Positions 22,663-34,364 of a stretch of DNA of 40,656 bases are shown one piece after another (the stretch's first letter is position 1; each line of letters opens with the position of its first letter). Position numbers and translations under genes: made by a program. The notes below the pieces were generated by a model, which saw only the letters and a list, made by a program, of their open reading frames with translations, did not search any database and was not told where the DNA came from. The DNA is from Chrysochromulina tobinii (lineage: Eukaryota), in NCBI GenBank assembly GCA_001275005.1, contig JWZX01003128.1, positions 1 to 40,656 on the forward strand, written 5' to 3'.

Positions 22663-24631
22663 GTGTTTCACAGCTCTTCGATCGTCGCGACGAAGACGGC
22701 CGAGGTGTTCTTTCTGACCCCGCACCTCATGTCGTTCGGCGCGTCTTCGAAGGACAAGCAATTGCAGGCAAACTTCGAAGCGGTGGTCGAGTTACTACGC
22801 GAAAGCGAGACCGAGCGTGAGAAGCTCAAGGCGGAGCTCAAGGCGATTCGCAAGGAGCAGGCGGAGGCCGAGAAGCGGTGGGCATCGGCGACCGATGCCT
22901 TCGAGGAGCAGCTGGCGGAGAGCGAGCAACGCGAGAGCGAGCGGCACGCCGCGCTCACAGTGGCGCTAAAGGAGGCGCAGCAGGCCGCGGCAGATTTCCA
23001 GGATCGTGCCGAAGGAGCCGAGGAGCAGCTCGTGGCCGAGGCGGCGCGCGCGTCAAACGCGGAGGATGAGTGCGCTCGCCTGTCGGCGGCCGTCGAGGCG
23101 CTCCAGCAGCAGCAGCAGAGCGCGATGGCGGCGGCCGTGGCGGACAAGGAGCGAGAGCGCGCGGCGCTCGAAACGGCGCTCAAAGAGCTTCGGGCGGAGC
23201 TGGCGACGGTGGCCGCCGCTGCGAAGGATGAGGCGGAGGCAGCAGCCGCACGTGAGCGTACACTGAGCGAGGAGCTTGAGACGGCGCGTCAGCAGGCGAA
23301 TGAGCTCGAGGCGAAGGCGACGCTGGCCAAGGCCTCGGTCGCCGACCGGGTCGCCGCGGCCGAGAAGGCCGAGAACAGCCTGCGCGACGAGATGCGAAAG
23401 ACTGTCGGGGTCGAGCGGCAGCGCGTAGCGGGCATGCTGTACAAGGAGGCGCTCCAGACCCACACTCTCGAGGAGCAGGCACGTTGATTGCCACTGATGA
23501 CCTGCCTTGCATGCAAGTGCTCACCACAGCGCGTTCGGCTCTCGAGGAGCAGGCGCGCCAGCTCGAGGAGCTCAACGCCGAGCTCGCCGACACGCGCGAG
23601 TCGTTGCGCGAGAGCCAGGAAGAGGTGGCCGAGGCCAAATCGCTCGCCGCCGAGCTGCTCACTGCGCTGCATGCAAGTGCTCACCACGACGCCCTCTCCT
23701 CTCCCCACAGGTGGCCGAGGCCAAATCGCTCGCCGCCGAGCTGCTCACTGCGCTGCATGCAAGTGCTCACCACGACGCCCTCTCCTCTCCCCACAGGTGG
23801 CCGAGGCCAAATCGCTCGCCGATCGACGAACGTCCGAGCTTGCACGCGTCCAGGTGATTGCATGCTGGCACGTGAATACATGCTGGCGCGTGAATGCATG
23901 CTGACCGAACGTCCGTGCTTGCACGCGTCCAGGTGCAGCTGACCGCGCTGCAAGACTCGCAGCATAAGAGCTTGCGTTCGGTCGAGCACCTCGACGACCA
24001 GGTGCGCATGCATGCATGCTGATTGCCCACCCCATTTGCATGCTGACTACCCCTCTGCGCGCCTCGACGACCAGCTCGCCGATGAGCAGCAGAGGCGCGA
24101 GCAGGCGGAGGAGCAGCTCAAGACGGTGCAGGTGACGGCGGAGGCTGACGAACCTGAAAGCCTCCCTCTTGGTGCCTCTGACGAACCTCTGAGTGCCTCT
24201 TGACGAACCTCCTGGTGCCTCTTGACGAACCTCGGAGTGCCTCTTGACGAACCTCCTGGTGCCTCTTGACGAACCTCGGAGTGCCGCGGGTGGCTTCTCT
24301 CTGATCTGAGAGCCTCCCTCATTGACGAACCTCTGAGTGCCTCCCTCATCAGGCGACGCTGAGCACGATCGAGAAGAAGCATGCAAGGGAGTTACGCATT
24401 GCCTCAGGCGCGAGCCGCCTCAAGACCACGGCGGCAGCGTGCCAGACGGAGAGGGGCCATCTGAACCCGGAGAAGGCGCTTCAGACCGACTGGTGCGCCG
24501 TGCACATGCCGCTGCCCTCTCCGAGCATGCATGTGCTCACTACGGCGCCCTCGCCTCCCCACAGGTGCGCCGTGCACATGCCGCTGCCCACGCTGCCGCA
24601 CGGTGGGTGCATCCTTCCCAAGATACCCTAG
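22663..24631 (+). CDS. Long coiled-coil protein, 5' exon unresolved; introns 23479-23552 (GC-AG), 23625-23796, 23854-23932, 24002-24074, 24132-24352, 24493-24564
   Basis: E/A/L/Q/R heptad-rich sequence. The splices give one continuous frame ending ...GCILPKIP-TAG. An acceptor GCGCAG at 22662 implies an upstream exon. Confidence 0.7.
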
Positions 24632-25754
24632 GGGGATCAGCATGCAATCAGCATGCATGCACGGTGGGTGCATCCTTCCCAAGATACCCTAGGGGATGCG
24701 AGCGCCGTAATGACCGCTACCCCATTCATGGGACTCGACGAGCGCCGCGCCGAGCGCGATACAGTTATGGACGGCCTTTATGACCGACGAGCGCCGTGAC
24801 GAGCGCGATACAATTATGGACGGCCTTTATGATATGCCCGGATGAGCGCCGTGACGAGCGCGCGTGCTATGGGTTGAGCGATGCGTTTGCCGAGCGACAC
24901 GCCAGACCGAATCACGGGGCAAGCAGTCACTCGCTGCGGCGCGCTTCCCCGCTTCGCTCCGGATCTGCCGTGCGGAGTACAGCTGTCTCTTCCCCCCGCC
25001 ACAATAAATCTCATTCGGGTGATTCACAGCTGTCTCTTCTCGCCCCCGCCACAATGAATCTCGTTCGGGAGATTCGTTCAGTAGGCCGCCGCAGGCGCAG
25101 GCGGCCAGGCGCGGCAGACGGCAACGAGCCCGGCATACCTTTATCTACTTCTATCACCGTGGGGTCGCGAGAAAACGCGACAGTGGCCTAACACGCGGTG
25201 CTGATTATGCATCGCACGGATATTCGCACCCACCGCGACGGATGGGTCGTCGTTGAGCGGCACAAGGACACCGCACACACGACGCCGCTCTTGACACTTC
25301 ACACGTTGACTTCACACCGGTCGTCTGTCACCGCATACTGGTATTCGCCACGATGCGGGCGGCTCCGAGGCGGTAACAATTGCATACCGACGATATTACG
25401 TTACGTCGTTACTAAGAACGTTACTGAACGTGTTGAGCCGCGGCTCTCGCCCCCGTTCGCGGCTCGGCCGCCCGCCCTGTCGGCTGGAAAGTCTTCACGA
25501 CGAGACTGCCGCCGCCTGACGCTCAGGCCCCACACGCACTCCCAACCACGCACGCCCTTCACCCACCCACAGCACCTTGATGGCCACTGATGAAACCCCG
25601 CCGACTTGAGCGCCGTACTGAGCGCCGCTCTGCGCAAACCACGGCGCAGACCACGCGCTCGTGGCATGCTGCTAAGTGGGCGGGATTGCGAGCGCCGTAC
25701 TGGGCGACTCCAGAATTCAGACGCTCCTCATTTGGAAGCTCAGCTGGGCGAAGC

Positions 25755-26520
25755 TCAGCTGGGCGACCCCCCGGGCGACTTCTTCTTGGGTGAGCCGCTG
25801 CCCATGCGTGGCGGCGACACAGACGATTCCGTATTGCTCCACTGGCCCACCCCATCACGACCCCACCCGTGATACGTGGGGCGGCAGTGGATGCCAGTGG
25901 CGTTGTCCCACTGGCGGCCCGTCCACGCTTGCCCTACAAACGAGCGGGTGGAGTGGTCATCAGCGCAGTGCGGGCGCGGAGCAATCATCGAGGAGAGGGC
26001 TCTCAGCACACGGCTCTCAGCACACGGAGCTGCGCGCGGGCTGGTGACGCGCGGGCTGGTGTGCGCGCGTACAGGTGTTCGAGTTCTTGCTCGACCAGGG
26101 CGGAGCCGCGCCCTCGAGTTGCATGCATTTGTGCTGCCGGTCGTCGTGCCACGTGGTGTACTGGGCGACCACCCAGCCGTCATTTCCGTCGATCTTGGCG
26201 CACGCGATGCAAAGGTCCGCATCGACGTGCTTCCACATCGGGTAGCCGTTGGTTTCGCGGTTGGGCACCTTGGCGTACACGCCAAGGCACTGCACCTGCG
26301 ACTTGAGTGTCGCGCAGTTCGATTCCGGGTTCTCACCCACCAGGCAGATCTTCATGGGGATGTGCTTGGACGAGGTCGCCACCATCTCTGTCGGAAGGTA
26401 ATCGTACATGGCCTTCAGCTTGGATGGCGGCGAGCGCTCGTAGCGGCCATCAGTCTTGTAGTGGTGGTCATCGTACACCAGACCGAGCTTCTGCTGTTCC
26501 TTACCCACGATGCTCGACAT
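25755..26520 (-). CDS. Hypothetical protein, 2 exons; intron 25934-26072
   Basis: GTACGC...TGTAG splice gives SSKNSNTWQAWTGRQWDNATGIHC. Globular-looking sequence with GVY...NGYPMW motif. Confidence 0.65.
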
Positions 26521-26847
26521 GGTCGACCGTCACCTCCAGGGAGACAGGCACGAGAGTCCGGCGCAAGCAAAAGTTGCAAAAAAAGTTTTCGAAATGGTTT
26601 CCAAACTTGCTTAAAATATCCTCTTCACACTTACAGTTCACAACTCTTCACAACCAGCACTCGACGTGCGATGATGCGTCAACGATCGATCCCATTGCGC
26701 GCTTAGTGAAACTCGTGCGTGGTCGTGAGATTTGCGCGAGAAATGAAACCGTCACCACTCTCCACTCAGAACTCGAGAACCCTCTGCTCGTGAGTTTGTT
26801 GCGTGCGGACGGTCCCGCACCACGCACGCGAGCACTCTCCGCACGCA

Positions 26848-28116
26848 ATGGCCGACACCTGGCGCGTGCCAGGCAACTGGATGAAACATGTTGAGATGGT
26901 CAACGGGCGTGGCGAGTTCATTTCCAAGTGGCTCGGCCGAAATGGCTTGGACGAGGCCCCGCCTTCGCAAGTGTCTCGGCACTGGTTTGGCAAGGACCTC
27001 GGACTCGAACGGCAAATGGCGCTGCAGTATGGACGCCGCGAAACCGATCTCAAAGATTGCACGCCTGGGGCTACTCGGCACGCCCCTGACGCGGGCCAGG
27101 TCGCCCATTCCGGCGTGGTCGGGGCGCACCGTCACATCCATGGTGACCCACAGCAGGTGCGCCTTCCTGCCGACCGCGTCCTGTACGGTGACTACGTGGC
27201 CCACCCGGTGCCGAGCGAGTGCGGCCGCTTGCCCGCCCAGCTGCCATGTGTAAACGACAGCTTCTACCTTGGGGGTGGCGCTCAAGGGTCGCACGCCCTA
27301 CCACGCAACCCGTCGAATTCGGACTGGCGAAAAGGTGCCGACGCCGACACAGGTTGGATGTTTGGGCCTCGCGGCGGGGCCAAGGCACCCACGTCGCCTC
27401 CGCGTCGTGTCGAAGAGCGGCCGGCCGAGTGGGGGTCGATTAGGAAGCAGCCCGTGCCGGGTGAACTTGGCCTGCGGCTCACGGACATCCACGAGGGCAC
27501 ACTGGCGAGGGCACGAGCAGACCCGCCCGACCCTGCGCCGGGCAAATTCCGACGCGTGGCCTCGGACGTCACCTTGGATCGGACGCCCTATGCCCAGAGG
27601 ATCGCTGAGTTCTCTCGCGCTGAAGCCGCAGCGGCTGCCCTGGGCAGTGGCGCACGAGGCGGCAAGTGGCTGCGGCACATGAACTCGAGCGTCGATAGTA
27701 TTGTCTTCGGCCGTGATCTTGACGGATCGGACGATCCGATCGAGCTCGTGCGGCGCGGTGAGAGCAGTGGGCCCCCAGCGCCGTCTATGAGCGGCCCGAT
27801 AGATCGCTCGACAGCTGGCAAGTCGAGTGAAAACTTTGGCCGCGAAAACTTGAAACAGATCGCCCTCGCCGACTATGAGCTCGCACAACGCGACCGCGAC
27901 CGCGGCCACTGGATCCACAGTCGCTTCAGCGCCGACTACCGGCACACGCCCACGGACATCCACACGACGTCGTACGATGAGACCAAATTTCGGCAGCAGG
28001 ATGCCATCGAAAAGTACGGCGAAGACGTCATCATGATCGATGGGCGGCCAAAGTATGGTCGCAGGAGGTCAGCGGCGCTCTTGCCGGCGGACCGCGACTT
28101 GCTTCCGCTGTACTGA
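26848..28116 (+). CDS. Hypothetical protein, intronless, divergent from the 26520 gene
   Basis: 422-codon ORF from ATG 26848 with natural amino-acid composition; AT-rich 3' flank. No family recognised. Confidence 0.6.
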   Translation: MADTWRVPGNWMKHVEMVNGRGEFISKWLGRNGLDEAPPSQVSRHWFGKDLGLERQMALQYGRRETDLKDCTPGATRHAPDAGQVAHSGVVGAHRHIHGDPQQVRLPADRVLYGDYVAHPVPSECGRLPAQLPCVNDSFYLGGGAQGSHALPRNPSNSDWRKGADADTGWMFGPRGGAKAPTSPPRRVEERPAEWGSIRKQPVPGELGLRLTDIHEGTLARARADPPDPAPGKFRRVASDVTLDRTPYAQRIAEFSRAEAAAAALGSGARGGKWLRHMNSSVDSIVFGRDLDGSDDPIELVRRGESSGPPAPSMSGPIDRSTAGKSSENFGRENLKQIALADYELAQRDRDRGHWIHSRFSADYRHTPTDIHTTSYDETKFRQQDAIEKYGEDVIMIDGRPKYGRRRSAALLPADRDLLPLY

Positions 28117-28210
28117 CGCGGTCATGTTGGTAGCTATAAAAAGTTAAAGGGAGACTAGTATTTAGTAACAGAATAGACACGCTTCAACAGAAACTTCGGG
28201 CGCGTGTCCC

Positions 28211-31002
28211 TCACGTCAACGGCGGCTCTGCGACAATGGTAGCCGCGCCTCGGACGACATCCGCATCAGCCACCTCCTTGCCCGAGCTCGAGCTCACGGT
28301 CATGCCGAGCTCAGCGCGGGTCGAGCAGTCGCCGCCGAGCCGGCCCATTTCGAGCTGGGCCTTGCTGCAATCGTACAGCCGGTGCGCTACCCGCATCTTT
28401 GGGCTCAGATCGGGCGGCTCGAGCAGCACCGTCTGCGGTGCGGGCGGTTCGAAGCGCTTCGCGGCGGAGGGGGGCAGCTCGGCAGGCGGCGCGGGCGGCT
28501 TGAGGCGCCGAGGGCGCCCAGTTCGGGGATCCAAGGTGGCGGCTTGCTCAAGGATGGCCGAGAGCATCAGAGCCCCTGCAGCACGCCGATGAGGGGTGTC
28601 ATCAAACGGTAATCAGAGGCAATCAGAGGGCGCGATCCCCTCACCTGGCACATGAACCACCACGGACGGGAGAGTCGACGTCGCTGCTTCGAGTCGCTCT
28701 ACGGGCCTGATGCCGAGCGCCGTCTCGCCAAGGGCCGCGAGGCTCTCCAGCCCGAAGACGCACGGCGGCTTGAGGTCACGCCCGGTTTCGTCACCCCCCG
28801 CCTGCAGCCGCACCGCGCCCGAGAGCAGCACGAACAAGCCGTCGGGGCGCGCACCCTCGTGATAGAAGGCATGGTACCGGTCGCGCCGCTGTAGCCGGCC
28901 GAGTCGAGAGAGGCGCACCTGAGGAGGGAGGCAATCAGCATGCACTCAGCACGCAATCAGCATGCACTCATCACGCAATCGTCATGCACTCAGCATGCAC
29001 TCAGCATGCACTCAGCATGCAGTCATCATGCCACCCCGATGCATTAGCATGCCGCGTACCAAGGTCTCGTCGGGCAGAAGGTCGAGCGCCTTACAGCCGC
29101 GCAGTGCCCGGGACGCCGCGTCAGCAAGTGGACAAATCCCCATATCGACGCCACGGCTCCCACCTGATGAGGGATGCAATCAACATGCACTCAGCACGCA
29201 ATCAGCATGCAATCCCCATATCGACGCCACGGCTCCCACCAGAGACGAAAGCGTCCGCAATGCGCCGCCCGAGCGAAGAAGGTGCACCGAGCTTGCGCGC
29301 CAGCAGAACTGCCTGTAGAGTCGCCTCCTCCTCTCGCTCACTCTCGCTGAGTACCTGATGAGGGAGGCAATGACGGGTGTCCTCAGCGGCAATCAGCGGC
29401 AATCAGCGGCAATCAGCGGCAATCAGAGGCAATCAGATGCAATCAGATGCAATCAGATGCAATCAGATGCAATCAGCTAAGTACCCGCTCCGTCGGGCGG
29501 CCGTAGAGCCGCCTACTGGCCATCACGCCGTGCAGAGGAGTGTCAGATCTCGCGAGATTTAGAGCTGCCTGGACCTCTCGCCGAGATCGGATCTGCGCCA
29601 GCCGCGCCTCTGCCACCTCGACCAGATTCGTCCGATTCGTCAGATTCGTCAGATTCGTACCCGGCGACACGTGCCCAAGCACCTCCGCCAGCATCGTCTC
29701 GGCCGCATCGAGCTCCGCCCTGCTCAGCCGCCCCTCTGCAAACGCGACAGCCGCCGCCGCCGCACGCCCCGAGGCCGCCCTCAAAGTGGCTTCGTCGGTT
29801 TCGTCAGTTTCGTCCACCGATCGCCCCGAGGCCGCCCTCAAACTGCTGTTCACAGGCACGCTGTTCACAGGCATGCTGTCCACAGTCCCACGCGGCTCCA
29901 CCGCCAGTGAACGGTGGTTCACAGCCAGTGAACGGTGGTTCACAGCCACACGCGGCTCGACTGCGGGCGAGCGCTCCGCCAGTCGCCAATCGGCGAGTGC
30001 TCGCCAATCGACGTCGGTGGCCACTGCATCCACGTCGGCATCTGCCTCTGCGTCCGCCTCCGCGTCTGCGTCTGCGTCCGCGTCTGCGTCTGCGTCTGCA
30101 TCCGCGTCCGTGTCGGTCAACACCTTGCTCGTGGCCGACGATCTCCTCTCGATCTCGATCTCCTCTGATCTCCTCTCTCGCGGAGCCCCACCCGTATTGC
30201 GTGCCACTGCCGCAGTGGCCGAAGCGGGCCGCCGCGACCCTGAGCCCTCCGCTCGCCGCTGGGCGCCCAACGAGGCCGACCACGGCCGCGCCGCCCCCCC
30301 CGAAGCGCGAGCAGGTCGCGCGGCGGCAGACTTGACTTGACTTGACTTGACTTGACTTGACTTGACTTGAACTGCGGCGGCGGACGGGGCTGCCGCTGCT
30401 GGCGCAGCACGATGCGGTGGCGGCGGAGGAACCACCCACGGTGCGGATGCGTTTGCGCCAGGGAACAAGACGGATTGCAAGAGGGTGGTCGGACGAATGG
30501 CCGGTGCTGACGCGACTCGACTAAGCGCCGCCACATCCATTGGCCCAGGTCCGGCATGCACAGCGTAGAGGGGGCTCTGGCCGGCCGCTTTGCCCCGTGA
30601 CACGTGTTGCGAGTGCACAAAGAGCCGACGAGCTGCGATGAGTGCGGCGGCGGACGGATGTGCACCAGGATCTGGCTTCCACAGGACTCTACCTTCAAAG
30701 TGCTCGAAGGTTCTGGTCGCGCGCAGCTTCTCCGTGTTCATGCTTTGTTGCCGATTTGCCGACCGCTCCGGTGGTGGCGTTGTCGCAGACTTGTGCGGCC
30801 TGCTGTCGAATGGAGCGATCGACAACAGAGAGCTGGCCGATTGGGCTGCGCGCGGATTCCCAGGCAATCTTGCGAGTCGTGGCTGCACGTGGGCATCCAT
30901 CCTTGGCGCCGTAAAAAATCTGCCGCCTTCACGAACCGCTTCATGGGGCCAGAGCGTGAGCGTGCGTTGTGTTGAACCAGCATCGAACAGCCCACAAGCC
31001 AA
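28211..31002 (-). CDS. Low-complexity protein with C-terminal cyclic-nucleotide-binding-like domain; introns 29355-29484, 29164-29239, 28919-29059, 28576-28644; start uncertain (ATG 30900)
   Basis: FYHEGARPDGLFVLLSGAVRL...VFGLESL...RLEAATST follows the cNMP beta-roll pattern with a degenerate phosphate-binding cassette. Four GT-AG introns keep frame. Confidence 0.65.
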
Positions 31003-31560
31003 GTCAAGTCTAGTCTACGCTTTTATCGCCGATTCTCAGAGTCGGCGCGACCGCGTAAACGCAGGAATCGATGAACCGTAATGCGCTCCCGCCAGCCGCC
31101 ACGCCCCCCGCGCGCGCCGCGCGGCGCTTTACATGCATGTTTACATGTAAACGTTACGCCGTGCTCGCCGCGGGTCGGACCTCGCTTCTACCTTCTTTGG
31201 GTTATCGTTTCATATTTGTGCACCCGGGCTACAGTTTCACACACACATGTCTAGAAGAGACTAGAGAGCGGAGAGGTAGACAATACCTCTCTCGTCGAGT
31301 CTGCACGGCGGGAGGTCCCTAAGTTCGTTCCTTCCAACGTAGCTCCAGTTGCGAGTTGCGCCATTCATGTACCGCTCAGGCCTCAGCTCGTCGCGTGTAC
31401 TCTTTACAGTTCGTCAGTGTCCGTTTGTATCTCGCTCCTTAATTTCGTAAGGAGGTCGTGCTCATTCGTCATTGCCCGCCATTTCTGAGACGTCACGCAG
31501 ATTGCGCACCTATTGACCTCGTGTCGTAACTCACCTGCCATGTCCTGTCATGCTGATGTC

Positions 31561-31742
31561 ATGAAGGGGCTTCATCGGTCTCGTTAATGAAGGGGCTTCA
31601 TCGGTCTCGTTAATGAAGGGGCTTCATCGGTCTCGTTGCAGACGGCCGCCACAGCCACATGCAGTGGCAGCCACATGCAGTGGCAGCCACATGCAGTGGC
31701 AGCCACATGCTGTGGCAGCCACATGCAGTGGCAGCCGCATGC
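31561..31742. repeat. 3'-flank repeats: 26-nt unit x3 (ATGAAGGGGCTTCATCGGTCTCGTTA) then 17-nt unit x5-6 (GCCACATGCAGTGGCA-like)
   Basis: Directly visible just downstream of the stop of the minus-strand gene at 31743. Confidence 0.9.
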
Positions 31743-32572
31743 CTACTCAGGAATCCCATGAGGTGCGCCCAGGAACAGAAGCTCATGGGCAGCCATCCGC
31801 GTGTCCCAGTCGAACGGCTTCTGGTCGGCGGGGGCGTGGGCGGTGGGCAGCGGCACGTGGGGGGATTGCGCTCGGTACGACGCGTCGCGTGGTGAGCTGG
31901 CGGTCCCGAGCGGCGTGTTGCTGTGGCTGGACGCGTTCGTGGTCTCACTGGTCGCGGTGCGTGAGAGGGGACGCTCGACTGAGCACGACGCGAGCACCAC
32001 CTCGGCGTCCTCGTCCCCATCCAGAGATGAGGTGTCGACCTGCCAAATCAGGGAGATGTCGTCCTCATCGCGGCGCCCGAGACGGCGCTGCTGCGGCGGT
32101 CGCGGCGGCGGCTGCCGATCCCGCGGTTTCCTGGCAGACGCCCTTGCGCATGCAATCAGCGCCGTATCGGGCGCCTCATCCGTCGCGATCATCTCAAGGC
32201 TGCTGGTGGACTCACACTCTTCGCGTTCACACTCGCTCACGTCGTAGTCGGCGAAAGTCTCGATACGCGAGCCCATGTTCAACCCCATGGCTTCCGCGTG
32301 CTTACGCAGCCACTTGCGAACCTGCACCGGCTCGACGCCCGGATGCGCACGCGCAGTCGGCTTGATTCGATTCGACTCGGGCAGACGGAGGGCGAACTGG
32401 ACGACCCGCATTTTGAACTGGGCCGTGTACACCTTGCGGGAGCGCGGGATCTGCACAACAGGGCGGCGTGCGAGCGGTCAGTGTCGTACGACGCCACGTG
32501 CGGGGCGGCGTTCCCATATGCTTGCTGGAGGTGGCTCGGGACGCTCAAGGGGGATACTGTTCCGCAGTCCAT
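31743..32572 (-). CDS. Brinker-type HTH DNA-binding domain protein; main exon 31743-32450, short 5' exon probably from ATG 32572
   Basis: RSRKVYTAQFKMRVV...PTARAHPGVEPVQVRKWLRK resembles BrkDBD. Acceptor TTGTGCAG at 32451; donor unresolved. Confidence 0.6.
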
Positions 32573-33172
32573 GGCGGGTCGGGACGCGCAGGGCTTTGCG
32601 CACCGACTCCGCACGCGCGCTCGAAGCAGTCTGTCGGACGGCCCGTTGGCCCTTGGTCACAGCGCCTGACGCCCGCGAGGTGGTTGCAGGCATGACGCCG
32701 ACGGCCGATTGAACCGGGAGATCCGAGACCCGGCCAATGGTCACGAAGCCGCGGCCCCTCCCTGTTGCCGTCGGCCGACGGCGTTTCCGAGTGTAACTTT
32801 CGACATCCGCCCCTCTAGAAAATCTCCGTGTGAGGTGCGACCTCCGCGATCCCAACCCGAAAGTGAAGACGAAGGGTGCCCACGTTTCCTCGTGACCTCG
32901 AGCGCGCGCCATACGCTCGTGCCAGACGTAGGTGAGCTGGGACTCCAGAGACCCGTGTGCTGTGCCCATCCGAATTATAACCCGCACCCTCGTCAACACG
33001 TCACACCACGGACGAGAAACAAAAGACAACCTACATGTATGCATACAAGAACTTGACTAGACTTTTTGTCTCGACGCGTCTAACTTGACTTGACTGGACT
33101 TGACCTCGTGACGAAGCGCTCGGTGACGCCGAACGAATCAATGCCAAAGATCATCACGACGACCGCCCTACC

Positions 33173-33970
33173 ATGGTACCCTCTCCCATGAAGGTATTGC
33201 TGTTGCTCCTCGCCAGACCCTCGTTGGCGGTCAGTCCTGGGAAGGTGCATCTGATCGATACGTACCCGCGCAATCAGCCGCACAATTACCTCTTCCGAGG
33301 AAACAACCCCGTGGTCGATGGCACCTTCAACTTGACCGCCCTCGTCGATGTGATGCGGCAAAAGGCTGCAGCAGAGTGCGGCGTGACGTTGCCTGCAGCG
33401 TTTCGCTTCGTTGACCTCAGCTTGGAGAACCCAACCGACCCTGGCTACTTCCAGGAGAAGGCCTTCTGGGACGCCAATCCTCGTGCTGGCGAGCTCGACT
33501 CCTACCCGACGCTCGGCTCGCTCCAAGACGTCAAGCACCCCGTAGGCGATGCGGATGAGCTCGTGAAGAGCGGCGACTGGGCGATCCAAGGGCACGCCGA
33601 CTACCTGCCAGAGCGCCTCGCGGCGGTACACGCCAGCCTCACCAACACATCAGGGCCTCCGACCATTTTCTACGCGCACTGCAACGCCGGCTGCGACCGC
33701 ACCGGAGAGTTTTTCGGCGCGTACGCGATGTCGTACCTAGGTTACAATGTGACGACCGCGATGGGCGAGGCCTGCAAGCAGTGCGGCCGCTGCCCCAACT
33801 ATTACGCCACGAACTCGATCGGGTGGTGGTGCCTCACGCTCGAGGCTCAAGGGCGTACCGACGTCGGTCCGTGCATGGACTTTGCGAGCTGTAAGCCTTT
33901 GGGCGACTGCACAGCTCACAACGCGACGCCGCTCGAGGACGACTGCCCGCGACTGGGGCTCGGTGTGTAG
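33173..33970 (+). CDS. Signal-peptide-bearing, Cys-rich protein of the PTP/dual-specificity phosphatase superfamily
   Basis: Signal MKVLLLLLARPSLA, LFRG motif, P-loop HCNAGCDRTG (CX5R), Cys-rich C-terminus. Confidence 0.8.
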   Translation: MVPSPMKVLLLLLARPSLAVSPGKVHLIDTYPRNQPHNYLFRGNNPVVDGTFNLTALVDVMRQKAAAECGVTLPAAFRFVDLSLENPTDPGYFQEKAFWDANPRAGELDSYPTLGSLQDVKHPVGDADELVKSGDWAIQGHADYLPERLAAVHASLTNTSGPPTIFYAHCNAGCDRTGEFFGAYAMSYLGYNVTTAMGEACKQCGRCPNYYATNSIGWWCLTLEAQGRTDVGPCMDFASCKPLGDCTAHNATPLEDDCPRLGLGV

Positions 33971-34364
33971 GTTCTAGTTTGGTGTAGATCGATGTGCGCC
34001 GCAGGGGGCAGGGCGCGCTGCAGTGCCGGCCGGTACACAGGGGTAGATTTAAGGATCCTGAGCGGGCGCGGCGCCCCGCGCTGAGTCTGTGGGCACGCTT
34101 CGTACAGGTGTAGCTCTATCACACGCCTCACACAACTTTCAATATATGTCGTTCCAAATTTTGTGCACAGCTTCCACAGCACATATCCGCAAGAGACTTG
34201 CCACAAGGCTGTCATGAAATTTCGTCGAAATGGTAGGTTGCATGATGGTGCATACGTGTATCAACGGGTGGGGGACGGGGCACCGGCGGCTCGAAAAAAG
34301 GGCCTTCACACAGTCGCCTTCACACAGCGTCTCGAGCCTTCCTGCACGACCACAAAATCGGGCC

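Noticed and set aside
31743..32456. Transposase (pogo/IS-like HTH)
   Set aside because: Only the HTH is present; no DDE domain or terminal inverted repeats were seen.
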